A DNA stretch of 64,000 nucleotides from Planctomycetota bacterium (GCA_045863855.1 BTVV01000011.1:27480-91479), one strand, 5' to 3'. Counted from the stretch's first letter, positions 10,106 to 19,751 are shown. Notes: generated by a model from the sequence alone, not told the origin. A program made the numbers and translations.

Positions 10106-10298
10106 GGCAAACATCAAACACCCAACGGCAAGAACCAAACTAACTTCATACTTCAAACGGAAAATGGAATAAGGGCAGATACGGTCTGCCTAAGGCGCCG
10201 CTAGGAGGCCCGCGCGCGCGCGAAGCGCGCTCCTAGTGTTTGTCGTTTGGCCTTTTCCGTTTATCCGTTTGTTTGGTTCTTGTGGTTGGTCGTTTGCC
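10106..10298. repeat. Long imperfect palindromic intergenic element (REP/MITE-like)
   Basis: Nested complementary arms GGCAAAC/GTTTGCC, CAAGAACCAAAC/GTTTGGTTCTTG and AAACGGAAAA/TTTTCCGTTT enclose two inner hairpins. Confidence 0.75.
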
Positions 10299-10317
10299 TT
10301 CCGAAAAGCGAATGGCC

Positions 10318-10773
10318 CTACGCTGCTTTACTGGCTTGCTCCGCCTGGCGCTTGCGGCTCCAGTAACCGCTGAAGATGCGGTCGACAGAGAGCGGCCCCG
10401 CGCCGCGCAGCAGCAGACAAAACGCCATACAAAACAGGGCGATCTGGAACTCGTTGCCTTTGAAGCCATCCTTCCAGTGAACCATGGTGATAGCCACGAA
10501 CATCACGGCCATGATGCCCAGCGCGGAGATCCGGGTCAGGAAGCCCAAGGCGATCCCGATTCCTCCGCCGAATTCGGCCAGCGCGGCGAGGAAAGCCAGC
10601 ACGCCGGGCATCGGCATGCCCATCTTTTCCAGGTTGCCGGCAAAGCCTTCGAGCCCGCCGAACATTTTGGGGTAGCCGTGGACAATGAAAGTGGCCGCCA
10701 GCGACGCGCGCAGGGGCAGGTCGGACCATTCCAGCACCAGCCGCCGCCAGCCGGTCAGATTCGTATCGCTCAT
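10318..10773 (-). CDS. DoxX family membrane protein
   Basis: LRASLAATFIVHGYPK, AEFGGGIGIALGFLTR, GAGPLSVD. Confidence 0.92.
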   Translation of the reverse strand: MSDTNLTGWRRLVLEWSDLPLRASLAATFIVHGYPKMFGGLEGFAGNLEKMGMPMPGVLAFLAALAEFGGGIGIALGFLTRISALGIMAVMFVAITMVHWKDGFKGNEFQIALFCMAFCLLLRGAGPLSVDRIFSGYWSRKRQAEQASKAA

Positions 10774-10798
10774 GGGATGCTCCTCGTTTGAAAAGCGT

Positions 10799-11320
10799 TC
10801 AAAGCCATTGCAACTGGAGCAATGCGCTCAACGTTTTGGCGTCGCAGATTCTGCCCTTCCGTACCGCTTGTTTGACTTGGGCCGGCGTGAGCGCGACGGG
10901 CGTGATGTGTTCGTCTTCGTCCTGTTCGGCGTGCTTGGGGTAGAGATCCCAGGCTTTGTAGAGCAGGATCTTTTCGCTGCAGAATCCGGGCGCGGTGTAG
11001 ACGGCGCCGAGCTTGCGCCAGCTTTCGGCGGCAAAGCCCGTCTCTTCGGCCAGTTCGCGCTTGGCGCAGAGCAGCGGGCTCTCGCCGGCTTCGCGCGTCC
11101 CGGCCGGGATTTCGAGGAGGAACCGTTCGACGGCCGGGCGGAACTGCCGGATCATCAGGATGCGCCCGTCTTCGTCGAAGGGGACGATCGCGACGGCGCC
11201 GGGGTGGACGATGGTCTGGCGTTCGAAGGTGCGCCCGTCGGGACCGCGCCAAGTTTCGGTATCGAGGGTGAAGACGCGCGCGCGATGCAGGGTTTTGCGT
11301 TTGAGCCGTCGAAAAGTCAT
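10799..11320 (-). CDS. NUDIX hydrolase (ADP-ribose pyrophosphatase-like)
   Basis: Nudix box PAGTREAGESPLLCAKRELAEETG; HPGAV, QFRP and YTAPG motifs. Confidence 0.92.
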   Translation of the reverse strand: MTFRRLKRKTLHRARVFTLDTETWRGPDGRTFERQTIVHPGAVAIVPFDEDGRILMIRQFRPAVERFLLEIPAGTREAGESPLLCAKRELAEETGFAAESWRKLGAVYTAPGFCSEKILLYKAWDLYPKHAEQDEDEHITPVALTPAQVKQAVRKGRICDAKTLSALLQLQWL

Positions 11321-11456
11321 CTCGTTCTCCCGGTTGAAAGCGCATTCAGCTTAGCGTTCTTTCGCCGCCCGGCAGAGAATTTCCGTTGACCGTTTACGCG
11401 GCCCTGTAGAATTCCCCCTTTCGCCCGCCGCGCCCGTTTCGTGGAGCCGCACCCCC

Positions 11457-12467
11457 GTGTTCACCAGCGTCTACCAATACGCGGACGGCACGTTGAAGCA
11501 GAACCTCAGCGAAGAGGAATTGCGCGGCGTGGTCCGCGACGGCACGGGCATGTTGTGGCTGGATATCTTCAAGCCCAACGCCGACGAAATCTTCATGCTC
11601 GACGAGGTCTTCGGCTTCCACCCGCTGGCCATCGAAGACTGCCAGCACGCCAGCGCCTACCCTAAGTTGGACGACTTCGGCAACCACCTCTTCATCGTCT
11701 TCCTGGTGCCCAATCCGCGCTTCGATCCGCTGAAGCCGCGCCCCGAAGGCGAGACGCCGGCTGAGACCGAAGAGCCCGTAGAGGAACTGGATATCTTCCT
11801 CGGCAAGAACTACGCGGTCACGATCCACCGCACGCCGCTGCCGTTCTTGCAGACGCTGGCCGAGCGCGCCAAGCGCAACCCCAAGGCAAGCCTGGAACGC
11901 GGCAGCGCGTTTTTGGTGCACGACATCATGGACGCCGCCGTCGACCAGTTCTTCGTGATGGTCGAAAAGCTGCAGAAGCAGGCGGAGGGGCTGGAGCAGC
12001 ACTTGCAGTCGGACAGCGACGACGAGTTGCAGCTTTCGAGCGCGTTCGACTTGAAGCGGGAAGTGCTTAATCTGCGCCGCCAGATGAGCGACCACCGCGA
12101 ACTGATCCTGCGCCTGCTGCGCGGGCGCAACCCGATCGTGAAGAAGAAAGCGGTGATCTATTTCCGTAACATTCTCGACCATCTGAACCGGATCGTCGAC
12201 GATCTGAATATCTGCATCGATACGCTCAACAGCGCCCGCGACGTGCACCTGGCCATGGCCAACATGCGCACCAATCAGGTGGTCAAGGTGCTGACCGTCG
12301 TCTTCACGCTTTCGCTGCCTTTCACGATTGCAACGAGCTGGTACGGGATGAATTTCAAGAGCCTCCCGCTGGACGATCATCCGGCGGGGCCGCTGGTGTT
12401 GAGCGTTGCGACGACCGTTTTCGCGGGGCTGTTGTACTACTGGCTGCGCAAGCGCCGGTTCCTCTAA
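11457..12467 (+). CDS. corA: Magnesium/cobalt transporter CorA
   Basis: FGFHPLAIEDC, YFRNILDH, TNQVVKVLT, YGMNF signature, two C-terminal TM helices. Confidence 0.93.
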   Translation: MFTSVYQYADGTLKQNLSEEELRGVVRDGTGMLWLDIFKPNADEIFMLDEVFGFHPLAIEDCQHASAYPKLDDFGNHLFIVFLVPNPRFDPLKPRPEGETPAETEEPVEELDIFLGKNYAVTIHRTPLPFLQTLAERAKRNPKASLERGSAFLVHDIMDAAVDQFFVMVEKLQKQAEGLEQHLQSDSDDELQLSSAFDLKREVLNLRRQMSDHRELILRLLRGRNPIVKKKAVIYFRNILDHLNRIVDDLNICIDTLNSARDVHLAMANMRTNQVVKVLTVVFTLSLPFTIATSWYGMNFKSLPLDDHPAGPLVLSVATTVFAGLLYYWLRKRRFL

Positions 12468-12480
12468 GCACCGCCAACGA

Positions 12481-12511
12481 AAAGGGCCGAAGCGTTTCCG
12501 CTTCGGCCCTT
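12481..12511. terminator. Hairpin terminator between convergent genes
   Basis: 13-bp stem AAGGGCCGAAGCG-TTTC-CGCTTCGGCCCTT. Confidence 0.8.
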
Positions 12512-12536
12512 GCGTCTGTCCGGACCGGAACCGAGC

Positions 12537-13478
12537 TTAGAATCCGAAGCCCACACCCACCGAGAAGCCCGAGCGGCGGCCCCAGTGGTGGTATCCGAAT
12601 CCGACCCGGTTGTACGGGTAGCAGTGCCCGTGTCCGTAATAGCTCGGGTAGCCGTAGTAATGATAGGGCGAGACGTACACCGGCGCGCTGACGTCGCGGT
12701 AAATCACCGTACTGGGCTCGACCACCCGCTCGACCACGCGTTCGGTGACGCGCTCTTCCTTGGGCGGCACGTACTCGTAGCGCGCCGCGGCCGCGCTGGG
12801 CTGCTCGCTCGCCGAAGCCCGCCGCGTCTCGCGCAGCGTCGCCAGCTTCCCGCCGCCGCGCCGTTCACCGCCTTCGAAAACGCTCACGTACAACCCTTCG
12901 TATTCCGCCGTCTCCACGCGGCTGACCAGCAGCAGCGCCTTCTTGCCTTCGCGGATCGTCACGCTCTGCCCCGCGCCTTCGCCGGCGTAGCGGACCTCGT
13001 ACGTGCCCGTCGGCGCCGCGATGCTCACCCCGCCGTGCGCGCGCACCACCGTATCCGCGCCGCCCGCCGGGCTCAGCCAGATCGTCCGGCTGTCGGCGTC
13101 GAGTTTGTAGCCCCACGTCTTGTCGTCGACGTTCTCGAGGTTCAACGTGCCCGTCCCCGCCGCCGGAGCTTCCTGGGCGGGTGCGACGACCAGTTCCTGC
13201 GCCGGAGCCGGTGCTTCCGCCGCTGCGCCGCCGGCCTTGTTCTTCAGCATCGCCGCGATCACGTTCTGCGGCACGCCGGCTTCCTTGAGCTTGATGATCT
13301 GGTCGGCGGTGAGCGTGTAGCCTTGCTTGGTCCGTTCCACCGCGGCCATCAGAACTTCCTCGCCCAAGCCCCGGTTCGCGAGTTCGACGATCTCGTCAAC
13401 GGTCTCGGCTTGCACTCCGCCGGCCGTAGCCAACAGAACCAGTAATCCGGTCAGGCCCCAACTCATGTGCGTTTTCAT
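12537..13478 (-). CDS. Exported hypothetical protein with Tyr/Gly/His-rich tail
   Basis: GGAGGG RBS; signal peptide (VQA-E); helical motif TVDEIVEL...LTADQIIKLKEAGVPQNVIAAM; ends in GFSVGVGFGF. Confidence 0.8.
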   Translation of the reverse strand: MKTHMSWGLTGLLVLLATAGGVQAETVDEIVELANRGLGEEVLMAAVERTKQGYTLTADQIIKLKEAGVPQNVIAAMLKNKAGGAAAEAPAPAQELVVAPAQEAPAAGTGTLNLENVDDKTWGYKLDADSRTIWLSPAGGADTVVRAHGGVSIAAPTGTYEVRYAGEGAGQSVTIREGKKALLLVSRVETAEYEGLYVSVFEGGERRGGGKLATLRETRRASASEQPSAAAARYEYVPPKEERVTERVVERVVEPSTVIYRDVSAPVYVSPYHYYGYPSYYGHGHCYPYNRVGFGYHHWGRRSGFSVGVGFGF

Positions 13479-13518
13479 GTTGCCCTCCCTCTTCACCAAG
13501 CCCCCGAACGCCAAGGAT

Positions 13519-13546
13519 ATAATAAACCCCTAAGCGGCGAGGTCAA
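13519..13546 (-). promoter_or_regulatory. Putative sigma-70 promoter
   Basis: On the minus strand TTGACC-N16-TATTAT, about 40 nt upstream of the start at 13478. Confidence 0.5.
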
Positions 13547-13651
13547 CCCGTACCTGTCCCCATATGTAGACGCACCTCGCACCCGAGCATTCGAAATTAT
13601 GTACTCCCGGAAGCGCTGTCGAGGGTTCCATCGACTATAGTCAGGGGACTT

Positions 13652-15040
13652 ATGGAAACGAACCCAGCCAACGCCGGCGAACCGACCACGGCCGACACCG
13701 CTGCAACGCGGACCTGGATCGGCGCGTTCGCCGTTTTGCTGGCGTTGGGCGCGTTCATAACGGTACTGGCATGGCTGGAACCCGCGCCGCTTCCGCCGTC
13801 CGCATCCCCACCGGCGGCGCCGGCGCCAATCCAGCGCGAACCGGCTGCCCCCGCTGCGCTGCCCAAGGGCGTCACGCTGTGGCCGCCCGGAAACCTGGAC
13901 GAAGACGACGCGTGGACCGGCCGCTTGGAGCGGCTCGAAGGGAACCTAGCGATCCTGACGGTGCGCGGGACGCCGAAATTTCGCGGCGCGGCGCACGGGC
14001 ACCTGTTGCGCGCGGAGGTCCAGCGGCTGGTGGCGGGCGTGCGCGATTTCGTGCGCCCGCATGCCGAGAAGGACGCCGCGAAATACCGGCAGGCGCTGGC
14101 CGGCGCGCGGACGATGGGCCGCTTTCTCGACGCCGACGTGATGGACGAACTGCGCGCTTGCGCCGAGGCCGCCGAAGTGGACGCCGACGAACTGCTCCTG
14201 GCGCAGTTGTTCGGTGACGTGAACCGCGCGGAAGGTTTCGCGAGCTTCTGCTCTTCGTTCGCGGCCTTCGGGCCGGCGACGAAAGACGGGAACCTGATCG
14301 TCGGACGTAACTTCGATTACGCCGGGCACGGGCTGGAGAAGGGCCTGCCGCTGATTCTACAGGAGCTGCCTTCCAGCGAGGCCGAAGGGCGGCCGTTCGT
14401 GACGATCGGGTACGCGGGCATTCTGAACGGCTGGACGGCCATGAACGACGCGGGGCTGTGCGCGTCGAACAACACGCTCTTCGGCGGCGTCGATTCGCTG
14501 GAAGGGATCAGCACATGCTTCCTGTTGCGCAAGATCGTGCAGCGCACGGGCACGGTCGAAGAAGCGGTCCGCTTGGTCGAGTCGTCAGCGCGCGCGTGCA
14601 CGACGGGGATGCTGGTGGCCGGCAAGAACGCGGCCGGCGCATGGGACGCGCGGTTCGTGGAGTTCGATCACAAAGCGGTTGTCGTCGTGGAACCCGTGGG
14701 CGGCCGACTGCTCTCGACGAACACGCGCCAGAAGCTCACCTTCGATGGCCTCGCACCGCCGCGCGGCGAGCCGGGGTGCACGCGTTGGTTGACGCTGAAA
14801 TCCGAGTTGGAACGCTTCAAGGGCACGCTTCGCTTCGACGAACTCGCGCATAACGCCATCGCACGCAGCGGGGTGTACATGTCGATCAACCTGCACAGCG
14901 CGCTGCTCGATCCGAGCGTCGGGGCGCAACGCTTCCGGCTGGCGGTAGAACAAGGGGACGGCAAGCCCGCGGCCGAACAGCGCTGGCGCGTCTTCAGAAT
15001 CGAGCCCAAGCGCGTGGTGGAAGTCGTCGATGGGCGCTGA
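13652..15040 (+). CDS. Membrane-anchored C45-family autoproteolytic Ntn acyltransferase/hydrolase
   Basis: RGAAHG pro-domain motif, F-CSSFAAFGPATKDG..IVGRNFDY nucleophile region, TAMNDAGL, TNT; one N-terminal TM. Confidence 0.85.
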   Translation: METNPANAGEPTTADTAATRTWIGAFAVLLALGAFITVLAWLEPAPLPPSASPPAAPAPIQREPAAPAALPKGVTLWPPGNLDEDDAWTGRLERLEGNLAILTVRGTPKFRGAAHGHLLRAEVQRLVAGVRDFVRPHAEKDAAKYRQALAGARTMGRFLDADVMDELRACAEAAEVDADELLLAQLFGDVNRAEGFASFCSSFAAFGPATKDGNLIVGRNFDYAGHGLEKGLPLILQELPSSEAEGRPFVTIGYAGILNGWTAMNDAGLCASNNTLFGGVDSLEGISTCFLLRKIVQRTGTVEEAVRLVESSARACTTGMLVAGKNAAGAWDARFVEFDHKAVVVVEPVGGRLLSTNTRQKLTFDGLAPPRGEPGCTRWLTLKSELERFKGTLRFDELAHNAIARSGVYMSINLHSALLDPSVGAQRFRLAVEQGDGKPAAEQRWRVFRIEPKRVVEVVDGR

Positions 15041-16571
15041 GCGCGTGCTTATCGCAATCTGGATCTGCGCAGCCTGTGTATTCGCTGCGGAAGACAATCC
15101 ACCGCTTCCGGAAGCATTAGCGTTTACGTTACCCCAAACCGGATTGGCCGGCGCCGTCGGCGGACTCATCGATTCAAGCGGTAAGGTGTGGGGCTGGAAG
15201 CTGCGATCTTACGAACCTTTCTACCACGCGGAAATCTGGACGGTACCCAATCGCGCGAGCCTGGAGGCCGCGATTGCGGCTGAGAAGCCGACGCTCGCGC
15301 TCGGCGCGGAGTTGCTTCACGCCGATGGGAAGCGCAGCGTCTGGCGCGTGCGCGAGGGCGAGCAGGTCTGGCTCTACGACGGCGCGAAGTGGACGGAACA
15401 GGACGCACCGGAGACGCCGTTTGACGGAAGCTTTTCGATGTTGGGCGGCGCGAACCCGGCGCTGGGCACCCCCACCGGAATTTATCTTTGGCAAGGCGAT
15501 ACAGGCTGGCAATTCCAGCGCTTGTTGCATGCGAAGGACGGCATGCCGGGGCGGTTGGAGTTCGTATGCGATCAGGCCGGGCGGTGGTACGCCTACTATC
15601 CGCGCGCGGGGTCGCTGTGGGCGTTGGATCGATTGCATGTTCACAGAGCCGCACCGGAGAATCAGGCGGAGGCGGCGGAACGCGGCACGTTCGATCTATT
15701 CGAGCTTCGCGAGATTCCCGTGCTCGACTCGGCCGCGCATAGCGGAATCGGCTGGGTGGTGCCGGATGCCGCAGGTACGCGTGAGCGCCCGCAGCTCTTG
15801 GCGGGCTCGATTTTGCTGACGGCCGAGCAACTGCGTTTCGACCGCCGCCCGTTTCCGGCCGAAGGCGTAAAAGTTTTGGGGCAACTTGCTTCGGAGCAGT
15901 ACGCCGAGCGCGAGGCCGCGCTGGCGGCGTTCAAGCGCGACGGCACGGACGGGCTCTGGCGCTTAAGCAGGCTTCTGGTCGAAGCGAAGCTGGACGGGCT
16001 CGACGATGCGACGCGCAGCCTGTATCGGGATCTGATCCTCGACCGGGTCTACCGCTTCGAGCCTGGAAGATCGCTCGAATACGCGCGGCAACTGATCGCG
16101 CTGAAGTTGCTCCCCGCCGACTGGCTGAGCCGCCCGCAAGCCGGGGAGTACCGCCGGATCTGGCGCGCGCTGGAGGATAACGGGCATCTGGACCGCGTGG
16201 CGCGCGTGGGGCTGGAACGGAACTACCGCGAAGCGCACGCGATGGTCAACTCGCAGCGGACGCTGCAGCACAATCCGAATCTGCTTCCCTTTCCCATCGG
16301 CGGGCGGGCCGATCACCACTTCGAGTGCGAGCAGTTCGACGCCTGGCAGGCGCTCGGCGAGTACCATGGGCACTGGTTCGACGAACGCCGCAAAGAAGTT
16401 TGGTTGGCGATGGGTTCGGCCGGCGTTTGGCGGGTGACGACGAAGTCGGCCGAGGCACGCGTCGTGGCGCTCAACACCTGGAATGTCAGTAAGGTGCTTG
16501 GACGTGACCGCGACGGGCAGCTCTGGATTCGAGGCGTGGACGGCTTGGTTGGAATAACCACAGAGCCCTGA
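15030..16571 (+). CDS. Exported hypothetical protein (Trp-rich beta-strand repeats with a helical HEAT-like insert)
   Basis: Overlaps the C45 gene end; signal peptide; strands such as VWLYDG.KW, GIYLWQG, VWLAM..GVWRV, RDGQLWIRG; LASEQYAEREAA helix. Confidence 0.65.
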   Translation: MGAERVLIAIWICAACVFAAEDNPPLPEALAFTLPQTGLAGAVGGLIDSSGKVWGWKLRSYEPFYHAEIWTVPNRASLEAAIAAEKPTLALGAELLHADGKRSVWRVREGEQVWLYDGAKWTEQDAPETPFDGSFSMLGGANPALGTPTGIYLWQGDTGWQFQRLLHAKDGMPGRLEFVCDQAGRWYAYYPRAGSLWALDRLHVHRAAPENQAEAAERGTFDLFELREIPVLDSAAHSGIGWVVPDAAGTRERPQLLAGSILLTAEQLRFDRRPFPAEGVKVLGQLASEQYAEREAALAAFKRDGTDGLWRLSRLLVEAKLDGLDDATRSLYRDLILDRVYRFEPGRSLEYARQLIALKLLPADWLSRPQAGEYRRIWRALEDNGHLDRVARVGLERNYREAHAMVNSQRTLQHNPNLLPFPIGGRADHHFECEQFDAWQALGEYHGHWFDERRKEVWLAMGSAGVWRVTTKSAEARVVALNTWNVSKVLGRDRDGQLWIRGVDGLVGITTEP

Positions 16572-16710
16572 ACGGTCGTTCTTCGCACCGCAATTGCACC
16601 GTGCACGATCCAATTGTGCATCAATTTTTCAGAATCCTGAAACTTTAGACCCCGCTCCGGCAGCTATGCTGTGGAGAGGTTGTTCGGTGGGTTCCCCCCG
16701 GAGGCTGGGT

Positions 16711-17298
16711 GTGCAGACCACGTCGCTGTTGATCGAAGCCCTGGAAGAGCTGCGCAAAAACCCGCGCGAGTCGCGGGAGCTGCACTTCTGGGCGCTGGTC
16801 GAGCGTTTCCGCGCCGATCTGGTCAACCAGGCTTATACGTACGTGGGGAACGTGAGCGACGCGGAGGACATCGCGCAGGAGTCTCTGTGCGTGGCCTTCC
16901 GGCGTCTGCCGGAGTTGCGCGAGCCGTCGAAGCTCGGGAACTGGTTGCGTTCGATCAACCGGCTTCACGCGCTGGAAGCGCAGCGCCAGCGGGCGCGCAA
17001 ACGCGAAGTCCGTCCGGCGACGGCGGAGTACGAATCGCTGGCCGAACCCAGCGCTTCGCCCGACGGAGCCGACCGGCTGGACCGCGTCGCGAAGATCGTC
17101 GACGGCCTGCCCGACCTGTACCGCGAAGTGCTGGTGCTGCGGTACTGGGAACGCCTCTCCTATGCCGAGATCGCCGCGCATCTCGGGGTGCCGCTCAACA
17201 CCATCAAGACGCGCCTCGCGCGCGCCGACGAGATGTTGATGCGGAAACTCACTCCCGAACTGGGCGCGGCCGAACCGCAAGGAGCGCGCGCGCCATGA
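16711..17298 (+). CDS. ECF sigma-70 factor
   Basis: DAEDIAQE, WLRSI, LPDLYREVLVLRYWERLSYAEIA, TIKTRLARA; GTG at 16711 after GGAGG. Confidence 0.93.
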   Translation: MQTTSLLIEALEELRKNPRESRELHFWALVERFRADLVNQAYTYVGNVSDAEDIAQESLCVAFRRLPELREPSKLGNWLRSINRLHALEAQRQRARKREVRPATAEYESLAEPSASPDGADRLDRVAKIVDGLPDLYREVLVLRYWERLSYAEIAAHLGVPLNTIKTRLARADEMLMRKLTPELGAAEPQGARAP

Positions 17299-18722
17299 CG
17301 AACCTGAAGCTGAGTTGCGAAGACGCCGTCGCCGATTTCCGGCTTTACGCGGAAGGAGAATTGGAAGCCTCCGCCGCGGCTGCGGTGAAAGATCACCTGG
17401 CCAACTGCCCGGATTGCTGCGTCGAGTTCCACGCGCGCAAGAAGCTGTACACGTTCGTGGCCGAATCGTACGGCGCGCGGCGGATCAGCGACGGCTTCTC
17501 GCGCCAGGCCGACCGGCGCTTGCAGCAGGCGGGCATGGCCGGAGCCGTGCTGGCCGTGCCGGCGCTGGCCGCTCGGGAAGCCGTGGCGACGCCCGTGCGC
17601 CGCGCATCGGCGCGTTCCCGGCCGGCGGAAGCGCAAGCCGAGCCGGACTCGGACGCATACGCGCCCCTCACGGAGCAGGAAGCCAAAGATCATCGCCGCT
17701 ACATGGCTTCGCTGGCCGGCCTCTTCGCCGCGTTCGGCGCGCTGCCGGCCTGGGCTGTCTCGGGGATGTTCCACGGTTTGGCGGTGACGCTCGCGGTGAT
17801 CATCGGCATGACGATCCTGCGCGAGGATATCCAGGACACGGTGGTCGTCACCGACCTCGTCAAGGTCAACCCGCCCGAAGACAAGCCGGTGATGAAGCCG
17901 CAGGAGATGCTCAAGGAAGTTCAGATCGTCTCGCAGCACGACATCAAAGTGCCGATGCCCGAGGTCGTGCTGGTGACTTCGGACGACGTGGCCGACGTGA
18001 CGCTGACCGAACAAGCCGAAGTCGCCGATTTCGGCGAGGCGGGCGAAGACGTTTCGTTCACGGGCGAGACAGGCGAACGCAGCGGGGTGGGGCTAGGCGA
18101 AGGCTTCCTGGGCGGCCGCATGGGCGGCGGCGTGCCGCTCCCCGGCGGCGGGCGAGGAATGATCGGGAGCATCGGCGGCGTGCCGTTCGCCGGAAAGAAG
18201 CTCGCGCTCGTCTTCGATAACTCCCTGAGCATGAAGTCCGTCGTCGAATTCGCCAAGCAGGCGGTCGTGGATTTCCTCAAGGAAACCAAAGGAAAAGGGA
18301 CGATCGACTTCTACTGCGAGATCAACGAAGTGCCCGCCCACAAGCTGCACATTCTGCGCGACGTCCAGCTCAAGACCAGCGCCGATGCCATCATGCCCTG
18401 GTTCGAGGCGATGCCCAAAGGCGGCAACGACACCATCGGCGAGGCGGCGAGCAGTATGTGGTGGGGTTTCAAAGCCGCAATGGACGAGTATCCCGACATG
18501 ATCGTCTTCGTCACCGACTGGAAGCTGCACAGCCCCAACCGGGAGTACAACATCCAGCGCCAGACGGAGGAGATCCGCAAGCTCCTGGAGGGCTCCAAGC
18601 CCACGATGCCGAAATGCGTCTTCTTCACGCAGACTACCGGCGGCGCCCCGTTCGTCGCGATGGAGGAACTGGCCAAGCTTACCGGCGGTACGATCAAACA
18701 GATCGACGGCAAGAAAAAGTAG
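17295..18722 (+). CDS. Anti-sigma factor (zf-HC2) with TM segment and C-terminal vWA domain
   Basis: ATGA overlap with the sigma stop; HLANCPDC (Hx3Cx2C); hydrophobic segment; MIDAS-like FVFDNSLSM ... IVFVTD. Confidence 0.8.
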   Translation: MTNLKLSCEDAVADFRLYAEGELEASAAAAVKDHLANCPDCCVEFHARKKLYTFVAESYGARRISDGFSRQADRRLQQAGMAGAVLAVPALAAREAVATPVRRASARSRPAEAQAEPDSDAYAPLTEQEAKDHRRYMASLAGLFAAFGALPAWAVSGMFHGLAVTLAVIIGMTILREDIQDTVVVTDLVKVNPPEDKPVMKPQEMLKEVQIVSQHDIKVPMPEVVLVTSDDVADVTLTEQAEVADFGEAGEDVSFTGETGERSGVGLGEGFLGGRMGGGVPLPGGGRGMIGSIGGVPFAGKKLALVFDNSLSMKSVVEFAKQAVVDFLKETKGKGTIDFYCEINEVPAHKLHILRDVQLKTSADAIMPWFEAMPKGGNDTIGEAASSMWWGFKAAMDEYPDMIVFVTDWKLHSPNREYNIQRQTEEIRKLLEGSKPTMPKCVFFTQTTGGAPFVAMEELAKLTGGTIKQIDGKKK

Positions 18723-18729
18723 GACGGAC

Positions 18730-19179
18730 TCAGCGGGCGGGAGCCGTGGCGGTTTCGCACAAGCCGCGCGATACACCCCGGCGGCTTTCGTCCAGCAGGT
18801 CCGCGATCGAGAAGGACGCGAAGGTGTTTCGGACTTGGTCGATCGCTTCGTCGAGCCGTCTATGCAGCGGGCATAGCCCCGCATCATGTTCGGGCAGGTT
18901 CAGCGGACAGCGCGTTACGCGGCGGATCGGTTCGATCGCGTCGATTACTTCCAAGACGCTGATTTTTTCGGGCGCGCGCTGAAGCACGAAACCTCCGCGC
19001 AGTCCGCGCTGCGAATGGACCAAGCCCGCACGCCGCAAGGTCTGCAGAATCTTCGAGAGATAGCCCGCCGGGATGCGCGTGCGCTGCGCCAGATCCTGAG
19101 TCACTACCGATTCGCCGTGCCGTTCGGCCAGACTAACGATGGCGCGAAGGGCGTATTCGGAAGTTTGGGAGATCAGCAT
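18730..19179 (-). CDS. Rrf2 family transcriptional regulator
   Basis: SEYALRA, YLSKILQTLRRAGLVHSQRGLRGGF, C-terminal CPL...H...CPLH. Confidence 0.93.
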   Translation of the reverse strand: MLISQTSEYALRAIVSLAERHGESVVTQDLAQRTRIPAGYLSKILQTLRRAGLVHSQRGLRGGFVLQRAPEKISVLEVIDAIEPIRRVTRCPLNLPEHDAGLCPLHRRLDEAIDQVRNTFASFSIADLLDESRRGVSRGLCETATAPAR

Positions 19180-19331
19180 GACGCGCCCTTTCTTCTATAA
19201 AAATACCTTTAGGTGCGAATAATCGCCACACAAAAGCAGAAAATACCATGATTATGTCCGATTGTCTGGAATGGCACGGGTTTAGCGCGAGGGTGCGTAA
19301 AGCCTTCAGGCGTTTGAAGATCGGAAATCGA

Positions 19332-19751
19332 TCAGCGTGCGCGAAGGGGAGAGGCGGGGGCGTTCGAGGGCAGGGCCTGCTCGTGCGCCATGCGCGCATG
19401 GAAATAGACCGATGCGGCCAAGACGCCCGACAGGAGCAGGACCGTCGCCAGTGCGCCGTTCGAGGGCTTCCCGCGAGCCATCAGATAGAGCCCGTAAAGT
19501 CCGAAGAATCCAGTCGCAAATACCGGGGGAAGCAACTCGAGCGGTCCCATGGTTTCAGCTTGCAGCGTGGACCAACTGGGAATCAGCAGCCACCAGATGC
19601 CCAACCCCAAGCCCAGCAGCATCGCGCCGCCCGCACGCACCCAGAGCCGTTGCCTGCGCCGCGAAGCAAAGAGCAACTCGCGCTGGCTCTTGGAGAGCTG
19701 CACGGTCTGGGTCGAGGTAATCAGACTGGAAGGAGTCGCCATGATGCCCAT
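19332..19751 (-). CDS. Small 3-TM hypothetical membrane protein
   Basis: Three hydrophobic segments similar to the N-termini of the two adjacent genes. Start uncertain (19751 or 19742). Confidence 0.6.
   Translation of the reverse strand: MGIMATPSSLITSTQTVQLSKSQRELLFASRRRQRLWVRAGGAMLLGLGLGIWWLLIPSWSTLQAETMGPLELLPPVFATGFFGLYGLYLMARGKPSNGALATVLLLSGVLAASVYFHARMAHEQALPSNAPASPLRAR

Noticed and set aside
16585..16625. Clustered TGCAC/CAATTG palindromes suggesting an NtrC-type site
   Set aside because: The spacing does not fit TGCAC-N7-GTGCA, and I saw no convincing sigma-54 -24/-12 element.
16671..17294. Apparent 208-aa N-terminal extension of the anti-sigma ORF
   Set aside because: It overlaps the ECF sigma in another frame. 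The ATG at 17295 (ATGA coupling) is the credible start.
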